Source: Gemmatimonadales bacterium (GTDB taxonomy: Bacteria > Gemmatimonadota > Gemmatimonadetes > Gemmatimonadales > GWC2-71-9). From it: a DNA stretch of 64,000 nucleotides. The notes under the pieces were generated by a model. That model was not told where the DNA came from and made no database searches. It saw only the letters and a program-made list of their open reading frames with translations. Both the position numbers and the translations under genes were made by a program. Below are positions 1 through 10,189 of the stretch, piece after piece; the stretch's first letter is position 1, and each line of letters begins with the position of its first letter. The stretch lies in assembly GCA_036390255.1 (NCBI GenBank), contig DASWCE010000006.1:3975-67974 (forward strand). The letters are read 5' to 3'.

Positions 1-93
1 GACGAGCAGCGGGATTTCCTGGAGCTCTTTCCGGAGCGCGATACTGGCTGTACGCGGCTGCTTGCGAAGGTCGAGCAGGTGCCGACGCGGTAA
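1..93 (+). CDS. C-terminal fragment of an unidentified CDS entering from upstream of the window
   Basis: Frame 1 is open from base 1 to TAA at 91-93 (...RLLAKVEQVPTR*). Only 30 codons are visible, so no family can be assigned. Confidence 0.3.
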   Translation, partial: DEQRDFLELFPERDTGCTRLLAKVEQVPTR

Positions 94-111
94 GACCGTC
101 TGGTGACGGAG

Positions 112-402
112 CTACAGCTTCAGGAGAGCGATTAGAGTACCCAGGGTTCCTACCCAAAACAAGAACATCCAGCGGACCAGCTTGGTCTCGAGGTTCGCCA
201 GGCCCGCCCGGAGATCCGCTCGAACCTCCGCGATGCGCTGCTCGAGCTTGGCCTCGAACCGCGCCCAGTTCAGCTCATTCGCCTCACGCAGCTCGGACCG
301 ATACGTCGCGTCCACCTGGTTGAACCACTCCACGAGCTCGTTGGTGAGGTCGTCTCCGAACCTCTCGTAGAACTTGCGAGATAGTTTCGCAGTCACCGGC
401 AT
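112..402 (-). CDS. small coiled-coil protein with C-terminal membrane anchor (DUF1640-like)
   Basis: 96-aa ORF. A charged helical stretch (EAKLEQRIAEVRADLRAGLANLETKL) is followed by one hydrophobic span ending GTLIALLKL, a layout I associate with DUF1640 proteins. Confidence 0.55.
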   Translation of the reverse strand: MPVTAKLSRKFYERFGDDLTNELVEWFNQVDATYRSELREANELNWARFEAKLEQRIAEVRADLRAGLANLETKLVRWMFLFWVGTLGTLIALLKL

Positions 403-469
403 CGCGAGCTCCTGAATGATCCGGTGACATGATCACCATATGCTCGGCGGGGCGAATAATCAATGCATC

Positions 470-491
470 GCGATCGACATCATTCGATCGC
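470..491 (-). terminator. candidate hairpin downstream of the PD40 lipoprotein gene
   Basis: GCGATCGA (470-477) pairs perfectly with TCGATCGC (484-491) around a 6-nt loop. It lies 50 nt past the minus-strand stop at 541. There is no clean U-tract. Confidence 0.3.
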
Positions 492-540
492 TAATTGCCC
501 GCGACCAAAGTCGTAGGGACGAACGGCGCCTGCGGTGGCC

Positions 541-1515
541 TTACTGCCCGCTCGGCGTACGCATCGAGATCCATATGTCGAAGCTGGGGGCACCGGAAGC
601 ATTCGGCGTACTGCCCTGCCGGTTCGAGGCGAACACGAGCGTGCGGCCATCGTGCGAGAGACTGGGCGTCACGTCGCCGGCCGCCGTGTTGATCGGGGCT
701 CCAACGTTCTCGGGCGTCGACCACGGGTCGTGCACGCTCCGACGCGTGGATCGCCAGAGGTCGGCGGCGCCCAGCCCGCCCGTGCGGGTCGACCAGAAGA
801 GGATCTCACGACCGTCGGCACGCACGGTGGGCCGGGCGTCGTTGGCGCCGGCTACGTTGAGCTCAGCGACGTACACCGCGGGTCCGCGGGTCTCGCCGTC
901 GCGCGTCACCGGCGCGTAGTAGATGTCCGCCTGCAACAGCGAGTTGAGGCCTCGGTTGAAGTATAGGTTGCCCGATCCGTCCTCGGCGCTCTGGAGGTAC
1001 ATCGGCGCCTGATCCGCGGTCGCGGTGTTCACGTCGGGACCGAGATTCGTCGGGGCTTCCCAGGCGAAATCATCGTCTGTGTTGTCCCGCCGGGATACCC
1101 AGATGTCGTTACCTCCCTGCCCGCCGTCGCGATTGCTCGAAAAGAAGAGCAAGTGTCCATCGTTCGAGAGGTTGGGTGCGAAGTCCGCACCGGCGCCGTT
1201 GATGGGCGAGCCCAGGTTCTGCGGCGCGCCCCAGGCACAGTCGGCGCAGTCGCGGCGGGCGACCCAAATGTCGATGTTCCCCAGCCCGTCCGGCCGGTCC
1301 GACTGGAAGTAAAGACTCAGCCCGTCGGGCGAGAGCGCCGGCGTCTGCTCGGTGAACGGCGAATTGACATTCACGAGCACCGGCGTCGACCACTCAGAGT
1401 TGGCGAACGAGTGCGCCTGGAGCCCAACGACGGGCTGATCCGAGTCAGGTGCGCACGCGAGGAGCGCGGCGAGCGAAACAACGGCGCGGAAGCGACGGGG
1501 AGTTGCGATCGTCAT
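541..1515 (-). CDS. TolB-like PD40 beta-propeller lipoprotein
   Basis: At least four PD40-type repeats are visible (SPDGLSLYFQSDRPDGLGNIDIWV, SNDGHLLFFSSNRDGGQGGNDIWVS, RADGREILFWSTRTGGLGAADLW, SHDGRTLVFASNRQG). There is a signal/lipobox-like N-terminus (LAALLACAPDS). The ATG at 1513-1515 is preceded by AGGAGG, so the internal start is preferred over 1545. Confidence 0.85.
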   Translation of the reverse strand: MTIATPRRFRAVVSLAALLACAPDSDQPVVGLQAHSFANSEWSTPVLVNVNSPFTEQTPALSPDGLSLYFQSDRPDGLGNIDIWVARRDCADCAWGAPQNLGSPINGAGADFAPNLSNDGHLLFFSSNRDGGQGGNDIWVSRRDNTDDDFAWEAPTNLGPDVNTATADQAPMYLQSAEDGSGNLYFNRGLNSLLQADIYYAPVTRDGETRGPAVYVAELNVAGANDARPTVRADGREILFWSTRTGGLGAADLWRSTRRSVHDPWSTPENVGAPINTAAGDVTPSLSHDGRTLVFASNRQGSTPNASGAPSFDIWISMRTPSGQ

Positions 1516-1693
1516 AGGACCTCCTGAAGGTTCATGGAACCCCATCGAGAGGGATCTCGCCGATGCGGGAGCGGTCTTGGGTGTCGGAGGGACGTGTGAG
1601 AAGGCGTCGATTCGGCAGCAGCGGCCGTGGCAGCCAGCGACGGACTGAAAACGTGCACGCGGGTCCGTGATCCTGCAAGCACGTTAGGGGCGC

Positions 1694-3763
<2,070 letters not shown>

Positions 3764-3783
3764 GTTCGAACATAGGTTCGAAC
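3764..3783 (-). promoter_or_regulatory. tandem palindromic octamers GTTCGAAC-N4-GTTCGAAC abutting the cstA start codon
   Basis: Exact copies at 3764-3771 and 3776-3783. Each is self-complementary, so the pair can also form an 8-bp hairpin with a 4-nt loop. Confidence 0.25.
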
Positions 3784-3786
3784 CCC

Positions 3787-4656
3787 TTGAGCCCCTCGAG
3801 TTCCTATCCCTGGTCGTCGAGCGGAGAGGGAGGGGGGGGACGCGCAGCCCCCGCCTCCGCCGTACAGGAGCGACCCCAACCCCAACGCAACCCTGAAGCG
3901 CTGCAGGGTCGCGTCGTTGTGGTCACCGGCGGTGCCACGGGTCTCGGTCGTGCGGTCGCGCTCGAGTTCGCCCAGGGCGGGTGCGGCGTCGCGTTCAATT
4001 ACGTCGAGCTGCCCGGCCGCGACGTCGGTGCGCAAGCGTTGCTCACTGAGACAGCGATCAAAGCCCTGGGCGTTCCGTGCTACTCAGCGGTGTGTGATGT
4101 CCGCAAGATGACCTCAGTCGAGCAGTTCGTCGCCGAGGTCCGGAGCAAGCTTGGCGGCGTCCACTACCTCGTCAACAACGCGGGCGTGACGCATGATGGC
4201 GCGTTATGGCGATTGACGCCCGAGGCCTGGCAGGAAGTCATGGACACGAACGTGAGCGGCGCGTTCAACTGTATTCACGCCGTTGCGCCGCACCTGCGCG
4301 GGCAACGCTTCGGCAAAATCGTGAACGTCGCGAGCCATCAAGCGTTCCGCCCGGGATTCGGCATCGCCAATTACGCGGCCAGCAAGGCGGCGCTCATCGG
4401 ACTCACGAAAGCTGCGGCCGTGGACCTCGGTTCCGCGGGGATAAACGTGAACGCGGTCGCGCCGGGATTCGTGAAAACGGAGCTCCTCACGCAGCTGCCG
4501 CGCGAAGTGCTCGAGCGGGCCGAGCATGAATCGGTACTCGGCCGCGTTGCCGAGCCGGAAGATGTCTCACGCGTGATTCTCTTCTTGTGCAGCGAAGCGG
4601 CGCGGCACATCACCGGACAGGTAATCGTGGTGGACGGCGGCCTCACGCTCGCTTAA
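3787..4656 (+). CDS. short-chain dehydrogenase/reductase (3-oxoacyl-ACP reductase FabG-like)
   Basis: Rossmann motif VVVVTGGATGLGRAV, NNAG, catalytic YAASKAAL and a typical C-terminus ITGQVIVVDGGLT. The start is uncertain: the conserved core begins near 3901 (CTG), the nearest canonical upstream start is TTG 3787, and the ATG at 3670 would overlap cstA. Confidence 0.85.
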   Translation: MSPSSSYPWSSSGEGGGGRAAPASAVQERPQPQRNPEALQGRVVVVTGGATGLGRAVALEFAQGGCGVAFNYVELPGRDVGAQALLTETAIKALGVPCYSAVCDVRKMTSVEQFVAEVRSKLGGVHYLVNNAGVTHDGALWRLTPEAWQEVMDTNVSGAFNCIHAVAPHLRGQRFGKIVNVASHQAFRPGFGIANYAASKAALIGLTKAAAVDLGSAGINVNAVAPGFVKTELLTQLPREVLERAEHESVLGRVAEPEDVSRVILFLCSEAARHITGQVIVVDGGLTLA

Positions 4657-4657
4657 A

Positions 4658-5317
4658 TTGCGGCCCGTGAGTAACCCGTTGAAAACAAAATACTTGATAG
4701 GTGTCTGGTGTCTGGTGTCCGTGGGTGTTGCGTGTGGGGGGAAGAAGTCGTCCCAGAGCCCGACTCCCCAACCTACCGCGCCACTTCCGACCGCCGGTCT
4801 CGCCGGCCAGCGTGTCGCCCTCACGCCATTGGCCCTTGTCGCTGCCGAAGACACCCTGCATTGGGACGCGCTGATTGGTGATCGGCGCACGACACTCGAT
4901 AAATGCGACAGCATCATCACGACCCTGCTCGCGGCCCGGGCGCCGGAGGTGACGTGGGTGGGACCGTCGGAGTTGCGGCACATCGCGCGGCGCGCACCCG
5001 GCATTGCGGCCGATCCCGACCAGATGGGGACGCCGTTCCTGCGTGCGGCGAACGTGGTCGTGGTGCCCGATCCGTTGCGGTATCAATTGCGTACGCTCAT
5101 GGGGTTGGTAGGCGGCCGGTATGCCCTCGTTCCTGCCGGCCTCGTTTTCCGGCGTCCAACCGACGGCTCGACGGGTGCGACTGCGGAGCTCTCCGTCGTC
5201 ATGATCGACTCGCGGGTCGGGAGGGTCGGGTGGCGCACGATCGCGCGGGGTGAAGGTGCGGATGCGTGGACGGCCCTGACGCGGGCCGTGAAGAGCCTCA
5301 CGCCGGGCCTGCCGTGA
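4658..5317 (+). CDS. hypothetical lipoprotein
   Basis: Signal peptide plus lipobox (LVSVGVACGG). It starts 2 nt after the SDR stop, and its stop overlaps the GTG of the next gene (GTGA at 5314-5317). No recognisable domain. Confidence 0.6.
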   Translation: MRPVSNPLKTKYLIGVWCLVSVGVACGGKKSSQSPTPQPTAPLPTAGLAGQRVALTPLALVAAEDTLHWDALIGDRRTTLDKCDSIITTLLAARAPEVTWVGPSELRHIARRAPGIAADPDQMGTPFLRAANVVVVPDPLRYQLRTLMGLVGGRYALVPAGLVFRRPTDGSTGATAELSVVMIDSRVGRVGWRTIARGEGADAWTALTRAVKSLTPGLP

Positions 5318-6336
5318 CGGCGCGGGAAGCCACGCTGATCGTAGGTGACGGCATCGGCCCCGAGATCACCGCGGCGACACTGCAGGTGCTCGACGCGCTC
5401 GGCGTCACGTTCGACTGGGACGAAGAATACGGCGGCATGGCGGCCGTCGAGAAAGCCGGCACGCCGCTGCCCAACGCGACCCTCGATTCGATCCGCCGCA
5501 CGCGCCTGTGCCTCAAGGGCCCGCTCACGACCCCCGTCGGCGGCGGCTACCGGTCGGTCAACGTCGCGATGCGTCAGGAATTCGATCTCTACGCAAACGT
5601 GCGGCCCACCAAGACGATCGTGCCGGGCGGTCGCTATGACCACGTCGATCTCGTGATCATCCGAGAGAACACCGAAGGCTTGTACGTCGGGCTCGACCAT
5701 ACCTTCAAGGTCGGTGGCGACCGGCGGGCAATGGCGCAGGCGATGTCGATCGTCACCCGCGAGGGGAGCGAGCGCATCGCCAAATACGCATTCGAGTACG
5801 CCACGCTGCACGGCCGGAAAAAGGTGACGATCGTCCACAAGGCCAACATTCTGAAGGCGACGTCCGGCCTGTTTCTCGAAGTGGCCAAGCGCGTCGCCGA
5901 GCAATATGCAGGCGTGATCGCCTGTGACGACAAGATCGTGGACAACACCGCGATGCAGCTCGTGATGAAGCCGGAGCAGTTCGATGTCATCGTGACGACA
6001 AACCTGTTCGGCGACATTCTGTCCGACGAAGCGGCTGGGCTGGTCGGCGGGCTGGGGCTCGCGCCCGGCGCCAACATCGGGACGCACGCGGCCATCTTCG
6101 AGCCGGTCCACGGCTCGGCGCCCGACATCGCCGGAAAGGGGATCGCGAACCCGTCGGCCCAGATGCTCGCCGCTGCGATGATGCTGGATCATCTCGGCGA
6201 GCGCGAGGCCGCTAAGCGGCTGCGCTGCGCGCTCGAAGCGACGATCGTGCAGGACAACATCCGGACACCGGATTTGGGGGGACGTGCTGCTACGGCCGAG
6301 TTCGCCCGCGCCGTGGTTAAGCGGGTTAGGGCCTAA
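5314..6336 (+). CDS. NAD-dependent isocitrate dehydrogenase (isocitrate/isopropylmalate dehydrogenase family)
   Basis: Family motifs present: LIVGDGIGPEI, SVNVAMRQEFDLYANVRP, IIRENTEGLY, NLFGDILSDEAAGLVGGLGLAPGANIG. The GTG at 5314 is preferred because the longer ORF overlaps the upstream gene. Confidence 0.85.
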   Translation: MTAREATLIVGDGIGPEITAATLQVLDALGVTFDWDEEYGGMAAVEKAGTPLPNATLDSIRRTRLCLKGPLTTPVGGGYRSVNVAMRQEFDLYANVRPTKTIVPGGRYDHVDLVIIRENTEGLYVGLDHTFKVGGDRRAMAQAMSIVTREGSERIAKYAFEYATLHGRKKVTIVHKANILKATSGLFLEVAKRVAEQYAGVIACDDKIVDNTAMQLVMKPEQFDVIVTTNLFGDILSDEAAGLVGGLGLAPGANIGTHAAIFEPVHGSAPDIAGKGIANPSAQMLAAAMMLDHLGEREAAKRLRCALEATIVQDNIRTPDLGGRAATAEFARAVVKRVRA

Positions 6337-6601
6337 GCATCCGTGCGCGAAATGCGGCACGGATACGCCGGGCATCGCGATCGGTGGCCTGTGCCCGAGC
6401 TGCACCAGGCTGCTCGAGCGGCGCGCGAGCAAGATTGGGCGGCTGGTGGCAATCGGCACGACGGTGCCACTGGCAGTGTATGTGGCCCTGTCACTGCCCG
6501 TGGAGCGGACGGCGCGCGTTGTGGGCGCGGCAAGTGTGCTCCTGTGGTACGTGTTGACGTTTCTCATAGCAAAGCGCGTAACACTGGAGTGGATCAAATG
6601 A
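6284..6601 (+). CDS. small zinc-ribbon membrane protein
   Basis: CAKC-x12-CPSC followed by two hydrophobic helices. The only in-frame starts (GTG 6284, CTG 6287) lie inside the icd 3' end. Its stop overlaps the next ATG (ATGA at 6598-6601). Confidence 0.55.
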   Translation: MLLRPSSPAPWLSGLGPKHPCAKCGTDTPGIAIGGLCPSCTRLLERRASKIGRLVAIGTTVPLAVYVALSLPVERTARVVGAASVLLWYVLTFLIAKRVTLEWIK

Positions 6602-7995
6602 AAATGCGGAATGGGGAATGCGGATTGCGGAATGTATTGGCGGGCGTCGTAGCGGTGCTGTGCGTTGCTCTGCCAGCTGCTGCGCAGACATCCCTTTCTA
6701 TCTATAGAGACGGCCGCGTGGTCGTGCGGCGCACGCTGCCGCAAGCGCTGCAACAGGGCCGCAATGCCCTGACGCTCCGGCTCGATGCGCTGGATCCGGC
6801 AACCCTGTTCTCCACCGACACAAGTGTGAGTGTGGCTTCCGCCACGGTTCGATATCCGACGACCAAGGCCGACGCTCTGGCGCGCGCGATCGGGCAAACG
6901 CTCTCGTTCGTGCGCAGTGTGGGCGATACGGTGAAGGCCGGCGTGGTTCGCGTGGATCCGCCGCAATACCGGTTGGCGGATGGGCGTCTGCTGCTCGAGC
7001 AACCAGGCGAGCCGCTGTTCCCGGCCGAGCTCGTTCGGACCGGTCCAGAAGCTCAGGTCGTGCTCGACGCAGCGCGCTCGCGGCAGCGCACCGAGATCGC
7101 GTACGTGGCACAGGGCGTAACGTGGGAGGCCTTGTATCAGGTGCTCGTGACAGGTGCCAGGTGTCAGGTGTCGGGCACCGCGACGGTCATGTCGCAGTCG
7201 CTGCGCGCTGATAGTGCCGACGTCCAGCTCGTCGCGGGAGCGATCAGCCGCACCCGCGGGCCCGCGGCGATGCCGGCCCCGATGATGGACCGGATGATGG
7301 TGGCGGGTCGAGCGGAGGCAAAGATGGATGTCAGTGAGCAGGCCGTCGGAGAGACGCACGTCTACCAGCTTCCCGGTCGCCTTTCGATCGAACCCAACGC
7401 CGCGGTGACCACCGCACTCTTTCCGCACAGCTCGGCGCCTGTCATTCAGGAGTTGATCGTCCCCGGGGTGTTGCCGTGGCGGGGCTGGATCGGTCAAACA
7501 CCCGAGCCTAATCGTGTGCCGGTCCAGGTGTGGTACACGGTCAAGCGCGCGCTCAAGACCGCGTTCGGCGACCGGCCGTTGCCCGCCGGCACGGTGCAGC
7601 TCTACCAGGCCGACTCCAGTGGCCGGGTGCAGCTCATTGGTGAAGCTTCAAATGATCACACCGCTCCGGGGCGCGATCTGCGGGTGCAGTCGGGCGATGC
7701 ATTCGACATCACCGCCGAACGAGTGCAAACGGACTACAATCAGGAGCAACTCCCACCCGAGCGTCGCGGGATGCCGGCCCGCCAACGCGTGACTGCCTCC
7801 TATCGTGTGACGGTCAGCAATGCCAAAACCGAGCCGGTGACCCTCGATGTCCGCGAGGCGCACTTCGGCAACTGGAAGATCACGGAGAGCAGTGTGACGT
7901 CTGAGAAGCTCTCCTCGACGGAGTCGCGATTCCGCCTGTCCGTGCCCGCCGGCGGCACCGCGACCCTGACGTACACCGTGCAGCTCGAGTCATGA
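6598..7995 (+). CDS. secreted DUF4139-family protein (MuiA-like)
   Basis: Signal peptide MKMRNGECGLRNVLAGVVAVLCVALPAAAQ. The opening LSIYRDGRVVVRR and overall length and layout resemble DUF4139/DUF4140 proteins as I remember them. The upstream ORF extension (6343) is Arg/Gly-rich and overlaps the zinc-ribbon gene. Confidence 0.7.
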   Translation: MKMRNGECGLRNVLAGVVAVLCVALPAAAQTSLSIYRDGRVVVRRTLPQALQQGRNALTLRLDALDPATLFSTDTSVSVASATVRYPTTKADALARAIGQTLSFVRSVGDTVKAGVVRVDPPQYRLADGRLLLEQPGEPLFPAELVRTGPEAQVVLDAARSRQRTEIAYVAQGVTWEALYQVLVTGARCQVSGTATVMSQSLRADSADVQLVAGAISRTRGPAAMPAPMMDRMMVAGRAEAKMDVSEQAVGETHVYQLPGRLSIEPNAAVTTALFPHSSAPVIQELIVPGVLPWRGWIGQTPEPNRVPVQVWYTVKRALKTAFGDRPLPAGTVQLYQADSSGRVQLIGEASNDHTAPGRDLRVQSGDAFDITAERVQTDYNQEQLPPERRGMPARQRVTASYRVTVSNAKTEPVTLDVREAHFGNWKITESSVTSEKLSSTESRFRLSVPAGGTATLTYTVQLES

Positions 7996-8843
7996 CGGTT
8001 CAGATCGTTCACATCGGCGACCTGCATTTCGGCGGACTGGCCGATGTGCCGGTCGTCGAGGCGTTGGAACGGATGCTCCCCGATTTGCGTCCTGACGCCA
8101 TCGTGATCGGCGGCGATCTCTCGCAGCGCGCGCGCCACGGCGAGTTTCAGCGCGGCCGCTCGTTCGCCAATCTCGCGCGCGAGACGGCGCCGGTCCTGGT
8201 CATTCCCGGCAATCACGACGTGCAATGGTGGCGCCGGCCGCTCATCCCATTCGGCACCGACGCCGTCTACCAGAAATACCGGAGCTATTTCGGCGCCGAC
8301 CTGACGCCGACGCTGGCGATCCCGGGCGGCGCGGTGATCGCGTCGGCGCTGACGGCGCATGGCGTCGCGTGGGGCTCGCTCACGGCGCGGCTGCGCGATA
8401 TCGCCGTAAAGGGTCATTTGCCCAAGAGCGAAATGCAGCGTGTGCAGGCGATCTTCGCGAAAGCTGAGCCGGGGCTGCCGCGGGTGCTCGTGATCCACCA
8501 CAATCTCTTGCGCGGCAATCTCTCCAAGCGCATGGGACTCGCGCGCTGGCGCCGCGCGCAGCGGCGCATCGTCGAGGCCGGGACCGATGTCGTGCTCTGC
8601 GGCCACGACCATGAGGAAGGCGCGGAGATGCTGGACGGCCGTGTGGCCGTATCCACGGCCGGCACCCTGTCGACTCGAGCGCGCGGCGGGCGGCCGGTCT
8701 CATTCAATTTCGTCACGATCGATCCCGCGGCGGTGCAGGTCACGTTTTTCCGCTGGGATTCGGCTAAGCAACGCTTCCAGCCTTCAGATACAGCCGCGTT
8801 TGCTCGAACAACGCCCAGCCTCGAGCCCCAAGTCGCAAAGTAG
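7992..8843 (+). CDS. calcineurin-like metallophosphoesterase
   Basis: Motifs HIGDLHFG, GGDLSQR, PGNHD and CGHDHE, in the canonical order. The ATG overlaps the upstream stop (ATGA). Confidence 0.85.
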   Translation: MTVQIVHIGDLHFGGLADVPVVEALERMLPDLRPDAIVIGGDLSQRARHGEFQRGRSFANLARETAPVLVIPGNHDVQWWRRPLIPFGTDAVYQKYRSYFGADLTPTLAIPGGAVIASALTAHGVAWGSLTARLRDIAVKGHLPKSEMQRVQAIFAKAEPGLPRVLVIHHNLLRGNLSKRMGLARWRRAQRRIVEAGTDVVLCGHDHEEGAEMLDGRVAVSTAGTLSTRARGGRPVSFNFVTIDPAAVQVTFFRWDSAKQRFQPSDTAAFARTTPSLEPQVAK

Positions 8844-8957
8844 AGTTGCACAGACGGCGAAGTTGCGAAGCGGCTCCAAGCTGCCAGCTTCCAGCTGAGC
8901 TGTGTAGCTTGTTCCTCGGCGCTTGTAGCCACTTGTAGCTTCGCCGTCTGTGCAACT
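8844..8957. repeat. 114-bp element bounded by a perfect 19-bp inverted repeat
   Basis: AGTTGCACAGACGGCGAAG (8844-8862) is the exact reverse complement of CTTCGCCGTCTGTGCAACT (8939-8957), which is followed by TTT. The 76-nt interior has its own short repeats (CTTGTAGC x2, AAGCTG/CAGCTT). Confidence 0.6.
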
Positions 8958-8977
8958 TTTCTAGGAGCTTGTGACTA

Positions 8978-10165
8978 ATGGCTTCAAAGTTCCACGGCGT
9001 GGATTTCTACGATGTCGACGGACTCTTGAGTGAGGAAGAGCGCGCGGTCCGTGACACTGTGCGGCAATGGGTCGATGAAAACCTCATGCCGGTGATCGGC
9101 GAGGCCTATGTCGTCGGCAAGTTCCCCAAACAGCTCATCCCCGGCATGGCGGCGTTGGGGCTCTTCGGTGCGAACCTACCTGAAGAATACGGCTGCGCCG
9201 GCCTGAACAACGTCGCTTACGGCCTGATCATGCAGGAGCTCGAGCGCGGCGATTCGGGCGTGCGCTCGTTCGCCTCAGTCCAGGGCGCGCTCGTGATGTA
9301 TCCGATCTACGCCTTCGGCTCGGAAGAGCAGAAGAGGAAATGGCTGCCGCAGATGGCGAACGGCAACGTCATCGGGTGCTTTGGTCTCACGGAGCCCGAC
9401 TACGGCTCCAATCCGGCCGGCATGATCACCGTCGCCAAAGAGACGAAGGACGGCTGGGTGCTGAACGGCGCCAAGATGTGGATCACCAACGGGTCCACGG
9501 CGCAAGTCTCGATCGTGTGGGCCAAGACCGGCGGGCTCGATCAGCCCGACTCGATTCGCGGGTTCATCGTCCCCACCGACACCAAGGGGTTCTCGGCGAA
9601 GGATCAGAAGGGTAAGCTCTCGCTGCGCGCCAGCGATACGAGCGAGCTGGTGCTCCAGGATGTCCATCTGCCCACGGACGCCCTCCTGCCCCAGTCCGGC
9701 GGGCTCAAAGCACCGCTGATGTGCCTCACCGCGGCGCGGTATGGGATTGCCTGGGGCACCGTCGGCGCAGCCATGGCGTGCTACGACGAGGCCGTGAGCT
9801 ACGCGAAACAGCGAGTGATGTTCGGCAAGCCGATCGGCGGGTTCCAGCTGCAACAGGCGCGGCTCGCCGACATGCTGACGGAAATCACCAAGGCTCAACT
9901 CTTGTGTGTGCAATTGGGAAGATTGAAAGACCAGGGTACAGCGACGCCGCAGCAGGTTTCGCTTGCCAAGCGCAACAACGTGAACATGGCGACCGAGGTC
10001 GCGCGCGAAACGCGTCGCCTGCTTGGAGCGAACGGCATTCTCGCCGAGTACCAGGCGATGCGGCACCTCGCCAACCTCGAATCGGTCTACACGTACGAAG
10101 GGACGCACGACGTCCACACCCTGATTCTGGGGCAGGAGATTACCGGGCTAAGCGCCTTCAACTAG
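8978..10165 (+). CDS. gcdH: glutaryl-CoA dehydrogenase (acyl-CoA dehydrogenase family)
   Basis: 395 aa. The N-terminal DFYDVDGLLSEEERAVRDTVRQWV, plus CFGLTEPDYGSNPAGM and the C-terminal YEGTHDVHTLILG, are typical of the GCDH subgroup. It sits beside etfBA and ETF-QO. Confidence 0.88.
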   Translation: MASKFHGVDFYDVDGLLSEEERAVRDTVRQWVDENLMPVIGEAYVVGKFPKQLIPGMAALGLFGANLPEEYGCAGLNNVAYGLIMQELERGDSGVRSFASVQGALVMYPIYAFGSEEQKRKWLPQMANGNVIGCFGLTEPDYGSNPAGMITVAKETKDGWVLNGAKMWITNGSTAQVSIVWAKTGGLDQPDSIRGFIVPTDTKGFSAKDQKGKLSLRASDTSELVLQDVHLPTDALLPQSGGLKAPLMCLTAARYGIAWGTVGAAMACYDEAVSYAKQRVMFGKPIGGFQLQQARLADMLTEITKAQLLCVQLGRLKDQGTATPQQVSLAKRNNVNMATEVARETRRLLGANGILAEYQAMRHLANLESVYTYEGTHDVHTLILGQEITGLSAFN

Positions 10166-10189
10166 AAACCGTCGCCGGTCCCAGCCCGT

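Noticed and set aside
3774-3792. tRNA T-loop-like string AGGTTCGAACCCCT
   Set aside because: No acceptor, D or anticodon arms can be drawn around it. It is part of the duplicated GTTCGAAC palindrome in the cstA leader. I found no tRNA or rRNA gene anywhere in the window.
5083-7497. 804-aa minus-strand ORF spanning the icd, zinc-ribbon and DUF4139 genes
   Set aside because: It is antisense to three genes with clear family signatures and has an Arg/His/Pro/Gly-dominated composition with no motifs. It is a typical stop-free shadow frame of high-GC coding DNA.
8844-8957. IS element or transposon bounded by the 19-bp inverted repeats
   Set aside because: Only 114 bp lie between the ends. There is no transposase, no clear target-site duplication (TAG on the left is not mirrored directly on the right) and no second copy in this window. 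It is kept only as a hairpin/possible-MITE finding.
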